The notes under the pieces are model-generated. The model made no database searches and was not told where the DNA came from. It saw only the letters and a program-made list of their open reading frames with translations. From positions 1-64,000 of the forward strand of contig JBKHIT010000013.1 in NCBI GenBank assembly GCA_046538485.1: a stretch of 64,000 nucleotides of DNA, written 5' to 3'. Source of the stretch: Candidatus Brocadiia bacterium. GTDB taxonomy: Bacteria; Planctomycetota; Brocadiia; SM23-32. The position numbers and the translations under genes are program-made. The first letter of the stretch is position 1. Every line of letters begins with the position of its first letter. Positions 40,451-50,044 of the stretch are shown here, one piece after another.

Positions 40451-42030
40451 GCGAACAATACCGCCTCGTTACGGATGTGTCGTCGGGCCAGGAACGTCTC
40501 CTTTACGTCACCCTGCAGGGTATCGTAAACCGTGAACAACCGCGTCTGTACCTGCTCGGCGAGCAAGAGACCGACGGACACTGGGTCGATTGGTACGAGA
40601 AATATGGTCTTGAACCGCAGAAGAGCCCTCTGGACGATGTTCTTGAAGAATTTCTTCCCGAGACGGACGGCGCGTACGTCCTGGGCCAACAAAACATCGA
40701 TTGGGAGGTGCCCCTGGCGGTGACGCTGGCCGGGCTCCATGATCGCTTGATCATCACGCCGGAACAGGTCGATCTGGTCGAAAAGCACGGCGGCAATGTC
40801 GAGCCACTACCGGTCCCTGAATTTCAGACGCGTATCGAGGCCATGGCCTGGGCGTTCAGTCACCTGCGCCCCGATACCAATCCCAATCTGCTGCACTCCA
40901 ACGCCTGGCCCCGCCAGACCCACAACATCGATATAACGGACTGGATTGTGGCCAAACGCGGATTCAGTTTCCGTCTGACCACCCATCCCGTCTCGGATCC
41001 GGGCGAGCGTGAACTGCTGGGGGAGATTTACGATAACAGCCCGATGTACAGCCATGTCCTCGGCTGGCATCTGGCCGATGGTGAGACATCGATCGTGCAG
41101 TATGCTTCCGAATATGGGCTGGTACCGTTCTGCATGACGCGAAATCTTAACTTCTCGTTCCATCAGCATGTGGAGGCGCGGGGCAATTTCCAGCAGACCG
41201 CTGCATCTGATCCGCCGCCGCTGGAGAAGGACCGGTGTTACCTTACGTTCGTGTTCTCGGACGGTGACGCGCCACACTCGATGGTAGACCTTCAGAAACG
41301 CCAGTGGAAAAAACCAGAGCGTGGGAACTTCCCCTTCGGATGGGCTATCCCGCCGCAGATGTTAACGTTCGGTCCCGCCATGCTGGAATATTTCTACGAA
41401 ACGCTGACCGACCGGGACGAATTGCTCTGCGGACCGTCGGGGCTTGGTTACAACTACCTGTCATGCTGGGCGACGCGGCGGAGCGATGTCGACGATGCCC
41501 GCGCATCCCGCATCGAGTATCTGGAACGCACTAATGACCTGATGGAAAAACTGGATCTACACGGGATGTGGCCTATCAATCGGATTATCGACTGGCTTCC
41601 CGACGGGCGCATGTTGCGGAGGATTGCCGGAGAGGACGTCTGGGCGATCAACGCCGACAAAGAACCGGGCACCTACGGTGTCGATTTCATGGACGATGGT
41701 GTGATCCGCGACTATTGCACTTACGTGTCGGCCAGCCGAGGATTCTTCCAGGGCTGGCACAATATCCCACACGAACTTGAGCGGGTGTTCGAGGGGCGCC
41801 CGTATTTCCCCGGGAAAGTGCTGGCGGCTGAACCTGAACAGACAGTGCGCGACATCCAGAAACACAGGGCGCTTGAGGGGACTCCCTGTTTTATCCCCGT
41901 TCATGTGAACTGCTACTCGATGGGGCTGGCGGGGGTGGAGGACACAATCGAAAGACTGGGTCGAGAGCGTTTCACGGTGGTCCTCCCCTCGGCGTTCCTT
42001 GAGCTGAAGAGGAGACAGGCAAGGGGGTGA
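40447..42030 (+). CDS. GxGYxYP-family putative glycoside hydrolase
   Basis: TLQGIVNREQPRLYL, FSDGD, RGNFPFGWAIPP, GPSGLGYNY; no signal peptide. Confidence 0.75.
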   Translation: MSEQYRLVTDVSSGQERLLYVTLQGIVNREQPRLYLLGEQETDGHWVDWYEKYGLEPQKSPLDDVLEEFLPETDGAYVLGQQNIDWEVPLAVTLAGLHDRLIITPEQVDLVEKHGGNVEPLPVPEFQTRIEAMAWAFSHLRPDTNPNLLHSNAWPRQTHNIDITDWIVAKRGFSFRLTTHPVSDPGERELLGEIYDNSPMYSHVLGWHLADGETSIVQYASEYGLVPFCMTRNLNFSFHQHVEARGNFQQTAASDPPPLEKDRCYLTFVFSDGDAPHSMVDLQKRQWKKPERGNFPFGWAIPPQMLTFGPAMLEYFYETLTDRDELLCGPSGLGYNYLSCWATRRSDVDDARASRIEYLERTNDLMEKLDLHGMWPINRIIDWLPDGRMLRRIAGEDVWAINADKEPGTYGVDFMDDGVIRDYCTYVSASRGFFQGWHNIPHELERVFEGRPYFPGKVLAAEPEQTVRDIQKHRALEGTPCFIPVHVNCYSMGLAGVEDTIERLGRERFTVVLPSAFLELKRRQARG

Positions 42031-42094
42031 GATCGATATATGGAATCTGCACGTCCAACTCTCAGTAAGAAACGAGGTCTCTTCAAGATTTGCG

Positions 42095-42134
42095 TTGAAA
42101 CCTCCCCTCGCATTTGGTAGAATATTAATAGTAT
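42095..42134 (+). promoter_or_regulatory. sigma70-type promoter with operator-like motif
   Basis: TTGAAA (42095-42100), 17 bp, TAGAATATTAATAGTAT (42118-42134), identical to 12399-12415. Confidence 0.85.
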
Positions 42135-42176
42135 ATACTCCATGCTATGTGCCGTGGTGAACCACAGGTGTATTGA

Positions 42177-43265
42177 TTGTCGAAATCACCGCTATCGGGA
42201 GCAAAAAGGTTGGATAAGATCGTTGAGTGGTTTGGCGAACGGACGCTGAAAGATCGTCGGAAAAAGATCGATGCGTTCTGGGAGGGCGACAGGCAATGCA
42301 TCGTGACTGTTCATTCCACGGAAGCCCATTACCGCCAGAATCAAAACGATGACGAAGTGCTTGAGCTGGCGCCTCAGAACCTGAAAGCTCAGTCCGAGCT
42401 GCCGGGATGCAATATGCCGACATTCTTTGCGGATTTCGGCCCGATAAGCACGGCGAAATACTGGGGCGGTGAGATGTCCTACGATGAAGAATCGGAAAAC
42501 ATCTACATTGAACCGGCCGCCGAGAGCGTGGAGGGAGCGCTGGAGCTGGAACGACGTCCCGTGGATGATCCACAGCTGGATGCAGCCCGCGGCGTGCGGC
42601 TTTATCGCCAGCTCTGCGATCGGCTGGATACCGATAATCTATGGCTGCGGATGCCTGACACCCAGGGCCCCTTGAACACCGCCGGGCTGGTCGTGAACCA
42701 GACTGAGCTGCTCATGGCCACACGCACCGAGCCTGAAAACGTCCATCGGCTCCTCGATCAAATCACTGATTTTCTGATCGACTACGTGAGGTATTGTTTT
42801 GAAGGAGCCGACGGGCAGGTCTGCGGTTTCATCTGGCCATACACGTTCTTCCCCGCCGAGCTCGGTCTCTCGCTCACTGAAGACCTGATGCCGCTCCTCT
42901 CGGAGGCCAGTTACCGCGAGTTCGGCCTTCCGTGCCTGCGGCGATTGGCTGAGGAATTCGGAGGACTCCACATCCATTGTTGCGGTCAGTGGGGGCAACA
43001 CGCCGAGACGTTGGCCCAGAGCGAACTCCCGATTCGAGCCGTGGAATATCATTATCCTTTCACCGAAATCAAAGAACTTGTCCCTCTGGCGCCGGACGCG
43101 GCATTTGTCCCCTACATCAGCGTCGATCAACAGGACGAATACGACAGTCAGGCCGAATACTATGAACATCTCCTGTCTGATATGGACCAGGACTACCGCT
43201 TCTGGTTCGCTTTCGGCGACGATAGCGAAGAAGCCATTAATTTCGCCGAAGCTCACGGATTTTGA
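42177..43265 (+). CDS. Uroporphyrinogen decarboxylase / MtaA-CmuA methyltransferase-like protein
   Basis: DTQGPLNTA, EDLMPLLSEASYREFGLP, HIHCCG. Confidence 0.7.
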   Translation: MSKSPLSGAKRLDKIVEWFGERTLKDRRKKIDAFWEGDRQCIVTVHSTEAHYRQNQNDDEVLELAPQNLKAQSELPGCNMPTFFADFGPISTAKYWGGEMSYDEESENIYIEPAAESVEGALELERRPVDDPQLDAARGVRLYRQLCDRLDTDNLWLRMPDTQGPLNTAGLVVNQTELLMATRTEPENVHRLLDQITDFLIDYVRYCFEGADGQVCGFIWPYTFFPAELGLSLTEDLMPLLSEASYREFGLPCLRRLAEEFGGLHIHCCGQWGQHAETLAQSELPIRAVEYHYPFTEIKELVPLAPDAAFVPYISVDQQDEYDSQAEYYEHLLSDMDQDYRFWFAFGDDSEEAINFAEAHGF

Positions 43266-43441
43266 GGCTCCCAATGACCCCCGAAGAAAACCACAACGCG
43301 GCTGCATCATCGCCTGAATACGCCAGTTCCACAAGGAGAACCCCCAAAATCAGTAGTCCATTTTGTCCCTTAAGCCCCTTACGTCCCTGTGAAACCAACC
43401 GCCCAAAATACAATCTTCATCACCCAACTGAGGAGCAACTC

Positions 43442-46400
43442 ATGAAAAAACTGCTGATGATATCTGCGGTTCTATTAAGTCTATTGGTGGTCCATGCCAT
43501 CCACGCTGAGGTGCCCGTAGCCAGGGAGGGAAAAGCCAATGCGCGTATCGTCCACAACGGCCATGAAAAGGAGGCCAAAACACTTCAGAAATATTTGAAA
43601 AAGATCACGGGCGCCGAGCTTCCGCTGGCGGCGACGGCCGAGGCGGCGCCGGAAGGGCTCGCCGCGGTCGAGCTCCGTGTGGTGGACAGGCTTCCCGGCG
43701 CCAGCGACAAGCGCACGGCCGAGCACGCCTACCGTCTGAAGAGCGACGAGAACCGCCTGCTCATCACCGCGCAAAGCGAACTCGGGCTTGACTATGCCGT
43801 CTACGGCTTGCTGCAGGATCATCTCGGGGTGGGCTTCTACTCCGGCACCTACGAGCACATCCCCGAGGATCCGAACCTCACCATCCCGGCGCTCGACACG
43901 CTTGCGGAACCGGCGTTCTACCACCGCAATCCGATGTTCTTTTCGTGGAAGTCGGGCGAGTCCGAGAAGCGATTCGCCCTCCGCAACCGGATGTTTCCCG
44001 TCGACGGACAGCCCCACAACGCAGGCCACACCTTCCGGAAATACGGCATCCACAAAAACTGCCCGCTCGATGAGGAATTCCATAAACAGCTCGGCGAGAT
44101 GTTCAAGAAACAATTCGCCAAACGCGATGCAGACGGCGCACCGCTTCCGGTTGGCCAGATGGACGGACCGTACAAGCTGGGTTGCGAGGGCTGCGACAAA
44201 TGCCAGAACCTGATCGACGAAGAAGGCTCCTACGCTGCGCCCATGCTGATCATGCTCAATGCCGCGCTCGACTACGCGTCCGAAGAGTATCCCGAGCACG
44301 AAGTCATGACCTTCGCCTACTGGAACACCCTGCCCGTGCCGAAGACCATCCGCCCGCACAAAAACCTCTGGATACAGATCGTTTCCAGCGACGCCAGCCT
44401 CAACCAGGGCGGCGATCATCTCGGCGAGATCGCTGGCAACCCGGCCAACCGCCTCTACGAGCACGCCGTTCGCGAGTGGCCCAGGGCCCACCCCACCGGC
44501 AAGGTCACGACCTGGCACTGGGCGACCGGCGGCGGCGAGTACGAATGGCCCAACCTCTATGATTTCATCGAGGATCTGCGCTTCTTCGGGGAGCAAGGCA
44601 TTGTGGGCGCCCAGACGCAGGGCAGTTCCCTCCACACTGGCAACTGGAGCGAGCTCAAGTACTGGGTCTGGGAACAGATCAAGTGGAACCCGGACCAGGA
44701 CGAGGACGCGCTGATCGATCGCTTCCTGCGCGAGTATTACGGCGAAAAAGCCGCACCACACCTGCGCGATTACTTGAAGACGGCCGAGCGGCTCCAACAG
44801 GAGAGCGGCTACCGGGCGCCCGGCGGGCTTATTCGCTGGAGCGCGTGGAATGTGAACCAGCGCCGCAAGTTCCTCCACCTTGAGACGACCGAGCAACTGG
44901 CGGCGCTTCTGCAAAAGGCACACGAAGCGGCAGCGCAATCGGACAACCCTGTTTACAAAAAAAACCTGGACGATGCCAGCGCTCGGTCGCTGGACCCGGT
45001 GATCATCGACGCGGTCCGCGAAGCGGAAGGTTTCGCCCGCGTGAACCACCCCGAGACCGGCGAGCCGTGGTACGTACCCGGCGGCCGTGCGGACATGCCC
45101 CGGCGGATTCAGCGCTCGATGCCGGACGACCGCCGCAAGGAAGACTGGTTCAAGCGCCGCGCCGGCGGACGGATTTATGAAGTGCAGGTCGGCGATTTGC
45201 GCGCCGATGTCGTACCCAACTATCGCGGGCGCATCGTGAGCCTCGTGCACGAGCCGACGGGCAAGGAGCTTCTGGCCGGCGACGGCTACAGCGACATGCT
45301 CGGCGCGCGCAACCATATCCAGCGTGTGCAGGAAAACGACGCGAGACATGTGCGCACGGACGTGCTCTTCGGCGGCGGGTTCTACGCGTGGGGCCGCCCC
45401 GACAAGATGCTCCGCGACATCACCGGCGAAGAAAACGGACTGACCGTGAGCCGGCGGTTCACCGGGAAAAAAACCAGGGCCAATGGTCAGTGGGAGTTCC
45501 GCCTGCCCAATCCCGCGGCAGCGCGCGTGCATGTTAAAGGCGGCGGCATTGACAAGAGCTACGAGGGCTCGGAGTTGCTGTATCGCACCAAAGCGATCAA
45601 GCACGAGCTCAAAGCCGCGGCCGACGAGGCCGGCAAAAACGGCATGCTAACCGTCACGGTCGATCGCGGCGACGGCATTGTGATCGAGTTGCGCACACCC
45701 GCGGCCGGCTGGAAAAACGTGCAGTTTCTGCCCGACCTGGTCAGTCGATCCGAGCAGTTCGACATGAGTCAGCACAAGATGGACCCGCAGATCACACCCG
45801 AAGGGGAAATGCAGCTCAGTACCGCGGGGCGTTTTGACTGGCGTCGCCGGCCGAACTGGCCCGGGGATTACGACGTCTGGCCGCGCGACCCCGCGGCGAT
45901 GGTGCGCGTGTTCCTGCGCTATAACGGCGTGATGGACAAGGAAGAGAAGACGCTGCCGGAACAGCACCTTGCCGTGCGCACGGATGGCGAAAAGCGTGAG
46001 GTCGATACCGAGGAGGCCCTGGCCGCCGCGGGCGGCGATGAGGAGCCCGTCGGGCGGGCACCGAAGCCGCTGAAGATCATCGGTGACGGCCGGGCGATCA
46101 ACCCCCACGACGGCGCCGAGCTCGTCTGGGTCCCCGCCGGAACATTCACCCGAGGCAGCGATCGCTACCGCGACGAGCAGCCCGTCCGCCAGATCGAGCT
46201 TGACGGTTACTGGATCTACAAGAACCAGGTCACGGTTGAGCGATACAAGAAGTTCCTCGAAGCCACCGGCCGTGACGCCAGGATCAAGATCCCCGGCTTC
46301 CCCTACGTTATCCAGCCGCCGGTGAAAGAGAATAAGGGGCTTTATCCGGCGCTGGCCAACTGGTACGACGCCGCGGCCTACGCCGCGTGGGCCGGCGGGT

Positions 46401-46834
46401 CGCTGCCCACAGAGGCGCAGTGGGAGAAGGCCGCCCGCGGCACCGACGCCCGCAAATACCCCTGGGGCGGTAAGTGGGACGTGGACAAGGTCGCCCGCCA
46501 ACCGTGGGAGCAGTACGTCCTCGAGCGCGGCCTGGCGCACGTCGGCTCAGCACCCGAGGGCGCCAGCCCCTACGGCGCGCTCGACATGGCCGGCAACGCC
46601 TGGGAGTGGGTCGCCGACTGGTACGCCCCGACGCGGTACGAAAACGCCGCGGCCAAAAATCCGACTGGCCCCGACTCGGGCACGTTCAAAATCCTCCGCG
46701 GCGGCAACGTCCTCTGGGACCACCGCCACGCCACCACCACCTTCCGCTTCCCCCAGCCGCCGTGGACCACCAACTGGGTGCAGACCGGTTTCCGTTTGGT
46801 GATCGACGCGAATGCGAACGGGAAATTGCGGTGA
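43442..46834 (+). CDS. Exported DUF4838 + FGE-sulfatase-fold protein, paralog of 15441
   Basis: Start ATG 43442 with GAGGAG SD and signal peptide; CEGCDKC; LPTEAQWEKAARG, DMAGNAWEW, GFRLV. Confidence 0.8.
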   Translation: MKKLLMISAVLLSLLVVHAIHAEVPVAREGKANARIVHNGHEKEAKTLQKYLKKITGAELPLAATAEAAPEGLAAVELRVVDRLPGASDKRTAEHAYRLKSDENRLLITAQSELGLDYAVYGLLQDHLGVGFYSGTYEHIPEDPNLTIPALDTLAEPAFYHRNPMFFSWKSGESEKRFALRNRMFPVDGQPHNAGHTFRKYGIHKNCPLDEEFHKQLGEMFKKQFAKRDADGAPLPVGQMDGPYKLGCEGCDKCQNLIDEEGSYAAPMLIMLNAALDYASEEYPEHEVMTFAYWNTLPVPKTIRPHKNLWIQIVSSDASLNQGGDHLGEIAGNPANRLYEHAVREWPRAHPTGKVTTWHWATGGGEYEWPNLYDFIEDLRFFGEQGIVGAQTQGSSLHTGNWSELKYWVWEQIKWNPDQDEDALIDRFLREYYGEKAAPHLRDYLKTAERLQQESGYRAPGGLIRWSAWNVNQRRKFLHLETTEQLAALLQKAHEAAAQSDNPVYKKNLDDASARSLDPVIIDAVREAEGFARVNHPETGEPWYVPGGRADMPRRIQRSMPDDRRKEDWFKRRAGGRIYEVQVGDLRADVVPNYRGRIVSLVHEPTGKELLAGDGYSDMLGARNHIQRVQENDARHVRTDVLFGGGFYAWGRPDKMLRDITGEENGLTVSRRFTGKKTRANGQWEFRLPNPAAARVHVKGGGIDKSYEGSELLYRTKAIKHELKAAADEAGKNGMLTVTVDRGDGIVIELRTPAAGWKNVQFLPDLVSRSEQFDMSQHKMDPQITPEGEMQLSTAGRFDWRRRPNWPGDYDVWPRDPAAMVRVFLRYNGVMDKEEKTLPEQHLAVRTDGEKREVDTEEALAAAGGDEEPVGRAPKPLKIIGDGRAINPHDGAELVWVPAGTFTRGSDRYRDEQPVRQIELDGYWIYKNQVTVERYKKFLEATGRDARIKIPGFPYVIQPPVKENKGLYPALANWYDAAAYAAWAGGSLPTEAQWEKAARGTDARKYPWGGKWDVDKVARQPWEQYVLERGLAHVGSAPEGASPYGALDMAGNAWEWVADWYAPTRYENAAAKNPTGPDSGTFKILRGGNVLWDHRHATTTFRFPQPPWTTNWVQTGFRLVIDANANGKLR

Positions 46835-47154
46835 GTTGGGAGACTGTGGCTTATGCCTGAAGGGCGGGAAATGGTATAAGAGACTCCTGGAATCTCAGGC
46901 CGGGGGCAGCACTGAAAGTCCTGTGGGACTCTTCAGTTTATTTTGTCCCTTTTGGCTTCATAGTTTTCTTATGTTGCGGCCGGGAAATACCACGGGCATC
47001 GGGAGCTCCGTGGTCTGGTTCCGTGATCCATCGTCTGGGTGAGGCAGATACCTTCTTTCAGTGGAAGGGGCAAAACCTTATAATCTTGCTCTAATCGATG
47101 TGCTGATGTTTAGTTTGGATTCCGGATTATCCAGGACATAAAGGATTGTCTTTA

Positions 47155-48501
47155 ATGACAACTCCAAATATCGTCTACGCTCACTGTCACGACGCCGGAC
47201 GCCACATCCAGCCTTACGGTTATCCTGTTCCAACACCGAACTTGCAGAAACTGGCCGAGGAAGGAGTGGTTTTCCGCCGAGCATTTTCCATGGGGCCGAC
47301 ATGTTCGCCAAGCCGTGCGGCTTTGCTGACCGGTCAGTCTCCGCATGGATGCGGAATGTTTGGGGTAACAAATAGAAATCTCGGCGGTTTTGCGCTGAAC
47401 GATTACCAGCAGCATCTCGTCCATACCCTCCGCCGCGCGGGGTACAAAAGCACGTTGTGCGGATTCCAGCATGTTGCCGATAGGGCCGAACAAATCGGAT
47501 ACGACCGAATACTCGATCTGCCCGATGAGGCCCGCGACCGGGCTCGGACCGTGGCGCCGCGAGCGAGCGAATTTTTGTCGTCCGGACCCGAAGAACCGTT
47601 TTTTCTCTCGGTGGGCACCTCGGAACCGCACCGGATTATGGGCGGGAACGACCCCGCATGGTTTTCGCCGGATCCGGAGAACACCGATGGCCGCTACGCG
47701 CGCCCTCCCGCCATACTTCCGGATACCCCGGAAACACGACGGGATATGGCGGATTATATCCGCGCTGCGGGGGAATACGACTACAGTGTCGGCACCGTTA
47801 TGCGGGCACTGGAAGAGAATGACCTTGCAGATAGAACTCTCCTGATTGCGACGACCGATCATGGGATTGATTTCCCCGGCATGAAATGCAACCTCACCGA
47901 TCACGGGCTCGGTGTGCTGCTTATCTGCCGGGGGCCGGGGGAATTCACCGGAGGCCAGGTTCTCGATGGCCTGGTCAGTCACGTCGATGTCTTTCCCACG
48001 CTCTGTGAGATGAGCGGAATTGAGCGACCGGATTGGGTCGAAGGTGTGTCTTTGCTGCCGATGGTGCGCGGTGAAACGCAGTTCGTGCGCGAGGAGATCC
48101 ACGGTGAAATAAACTACCATGGCGTCTACGAACCCCAGCGATGTGTCCGCACCGAGAGATGGAAGTACATTCGTCGCTTCGACGAGATCCTCCCTCCACA
48201 TAGCGCCGAAGGCGGGGCATGGCCACGCACCAGCGCACTGGAGCGCCCGCTTCCGAACACCGGACCGGCTGTGAGTCGAGATGTTATGACGGAGTACGGA
48301 ATGGCTGGCCATTTCCCTGCTCGGGAACAGCTTTATGACCTGGTGATGGATCCGATGGAACGGGTGAATCGGGCCGATGACTCCGACTGCGAACGCCCTC
48401 TGGCGGCCATGCAGGCGCGTTTGGAACGGTGGATGCGTCAGACCAATGATCCGCTGCTGGAGGGCAATGGACCCGATACCGGACCGAATGTGGTGCCGTA
48501 A
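47155..48501 (+). CDS. Cys-type sulfatase, sulfamidase (SGSH)-like
   Basis: PNIVYAHCHD, CSPSRAALLTG, EPHR, TTDHGIDFPGMKCNL. Confidence 0.88.
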   Translation: MTTPNIVYAHCHDAGRHIQPYGYPVPTPNLQKLAEEGVVFRRAFSMGPTCSPSRAALLTGQSPHGCGMFGVTNRNLGGFALNDYQQHLVHTLRRAGYKSTLCGFQHVADRAEQIGYDRILDLPDEARDRARTVAPRASEFLSSGPEEPFFLSVGTSEPHRIMGGNDPAWFSPDPENTDGRYARPPAILPDTPETRRDMADYIRAAGEYDYSVGTVMRALEENDLADRTLLIATTDHGIDFPGMKCNLTDHGLGVLLICRGPGEFTGGQVLDGLVSHVDVFPTLCEMSGIERPDWVEGVSLLPMVRGETQFVREEIHGEINYHGVYEPQRCVRTERWKYIRRFDEILPPHSAEGGAWPRTSALERPLPNTGPAVSRDVMTEYGMAGHFPAREQLYDLVMDPMERVNRADDSDCERPLAAMQARLERWMRQTNDPLLEGNGPDTGPNVVP

Positions 48502-48547
48502 GGTATTTTGGTTTTCGTATTAATTCGTTAATGGAAGCAAGCCAAAC

Positions 48548-50044
48548 ATGAAATACTCTCCGTTGCACGAAAAAATCCTCAAACAGGAAGCGCCCGGCGG
48601 GAGCCCGGCTTTGCTCAGCCTGGTTGTGCCGAGTATCACCCGACCCGGCCAACCCTTCGAACTCAAGCTTGCGATTCTTGACTCGATGGGATATCCCTCA
48701 CTGGAGTACGAAGGTTCGGTGGAAGTTACACCGCCGGGAGGTGGTGGGAGCCAATCGCTTCTCCGGTTCGAAACGGGCGAACCTGCGATCGGGCAGGTGT
48801 CCGGGATACGTTTGAGAGAAGAAGGAGTTTTCCGCTTCGAGGGCAAGGCAGGAGATATTGAGGCATATTCCAATCCGACGCTCTGCAGTGAAGAAAAATT
48901 GCCCGGAATTTACTGGGGCGACCCGCATGTGCATACGGTGCTTTCCAATTGCCATCCTGACAAATGTCGATCGCTTAATTTTTGTTATACGAGCGCGAGG
49001 TTCTTGACCGGACTCGACTGGGTCGCGGCGGCCGATCACGTCTCGAATGGACGGTGTGATTGGTCGAAGTGGAAAGAACAACGCACTGTATCAGAGCTCC
49101 ATCACGACGAACCCGACTTCATCACGCTTCCGGGCTACGAAGCGTCACTCAAGGGGGGCGCCGGAGGCGACAACAACGTGTATATGGTTCGTTTCCCGGA
49201 GAACTTCGTGGATGAATACGAAGAAGGTACAGTAAAAACACTTTGCGAAGAACTCAAACAACTGCTCAATCCGGAAGAATTCTTCGTCGTTCCCCACCAC
49301 ACCACCCGTACCGGCAAACATGGCGAAATCACCGACGATATCTATCCGGGGCCTGATGCCATGCCACTGATTGAGATTTATTCGAAATGGGGCACTTCCG
49401 AATACCGGGGCAATTCAAATCCTTTACAGAAAATTCATCCGGGACCAAGCTACGCGGTGGATTTTCTCAACCGGGGCATGATTCTGGGGTTTGTTGCGGG
49501 GACCGACACCCATGCAACAATGCCCTCGGGTGCTGGCGAGGAGCCCGGCCACATCGACCGTCCGCCGGGCATTACTGCCGTCCGGGCTGATAAACTCACG
49601 CGACGAAACATTTTTGAGAATCTGCAGGCCAGAAATTGCTACGCAACGAGCCTGGAACGTATTCTGCTCCACGGAATGATAGACGGAGTTCAGTTCGGAG
49701 AGCAAATCTCGGCGGGAGACCTTTCGCCGGAACCCGAAATAGACGTCCTCGTCGCGGCCAAGTCTTCCATTCGTAGCGTCGAACTGGTGCGTAACGGCGA
49801 GACGATTGAAACTCTCAATCCGGATACATGGAACGCACACTTTGCCTGCACTGACACCGATAAGCAGAACCGATTTATGGAACTGCCCGGCGGTTCGCGA
49901 AAACAAGCATACTACTACCTCCGCGTGACCTGCGAATCCGGCGCTCAGGCCTGGTCAAGCCCGGTCTGGGTCACAGAAGAAGAATCAAAGTTGAGGGAAG
50001 ATAATGGCGAAAAATCCCAATATCGTTTTCATTCTCGCGGATGA
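48548..50044 (+). CDS. DUF3604 / CehA-McbA-like PHP-fold metallohydrolase
   Basis: YWGDPHVHT, AADH, PGYE, VPHH, GFVAGTDTH, AWSSPVWV. Confidence 0.8.
   Translation: MKYSPLHEKILKQEAPGGSPALLSLVVPSITRPGQPFELKLAILDSMGYPSLEYEGSVEVTPPGGGGSQSLLRFETGEPAIGQVSGIRLREEGVFRFEGKAGDIEAYSNPTLCSEEKLPGIYWGDPHVHTVLSNCHPDKCRSLNFCYTSARFLTGLDWVAAADHVSNGRCDWSKWKEQRTVSELHHDEPDFITLPGYEASLKGGAGGDNNVYMVRFPENFVDEYEEGTVKTLCEELKQLLNPEEFFVVPHHTTRTGKHGEITDDIYPGPDAMPLIEIYSKWGTSEYRGNSNPLQKIHPGPSYAVDFLNRGMILGFVAGTDTHATMPSGAGEEPGHIDRPPGITAVRADKLTRRNIFENLQARNCYATSLERILLHGMIDGVQFGEQISAGDLSPEPEIDVLVAAKSSIRSVELVRNGETIETLNPDTWNAHFACTDTDKQNRFMELPGGSRKQAYYYLRVTCESGAQAWSSPVWVTEEESKLREDNGEKSQYRFHSRG

Noticed and set aside
18260..46834. 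Diversity-generating retroelement targeting the FGE/C-type-lectin C-termini
   Set aside because: No reverse transcriptase or template repeat seen in the window; the two similar 3' ends are both coding paralogs and their differences are not adenine-specific. A remote DGR cannot be excluded.
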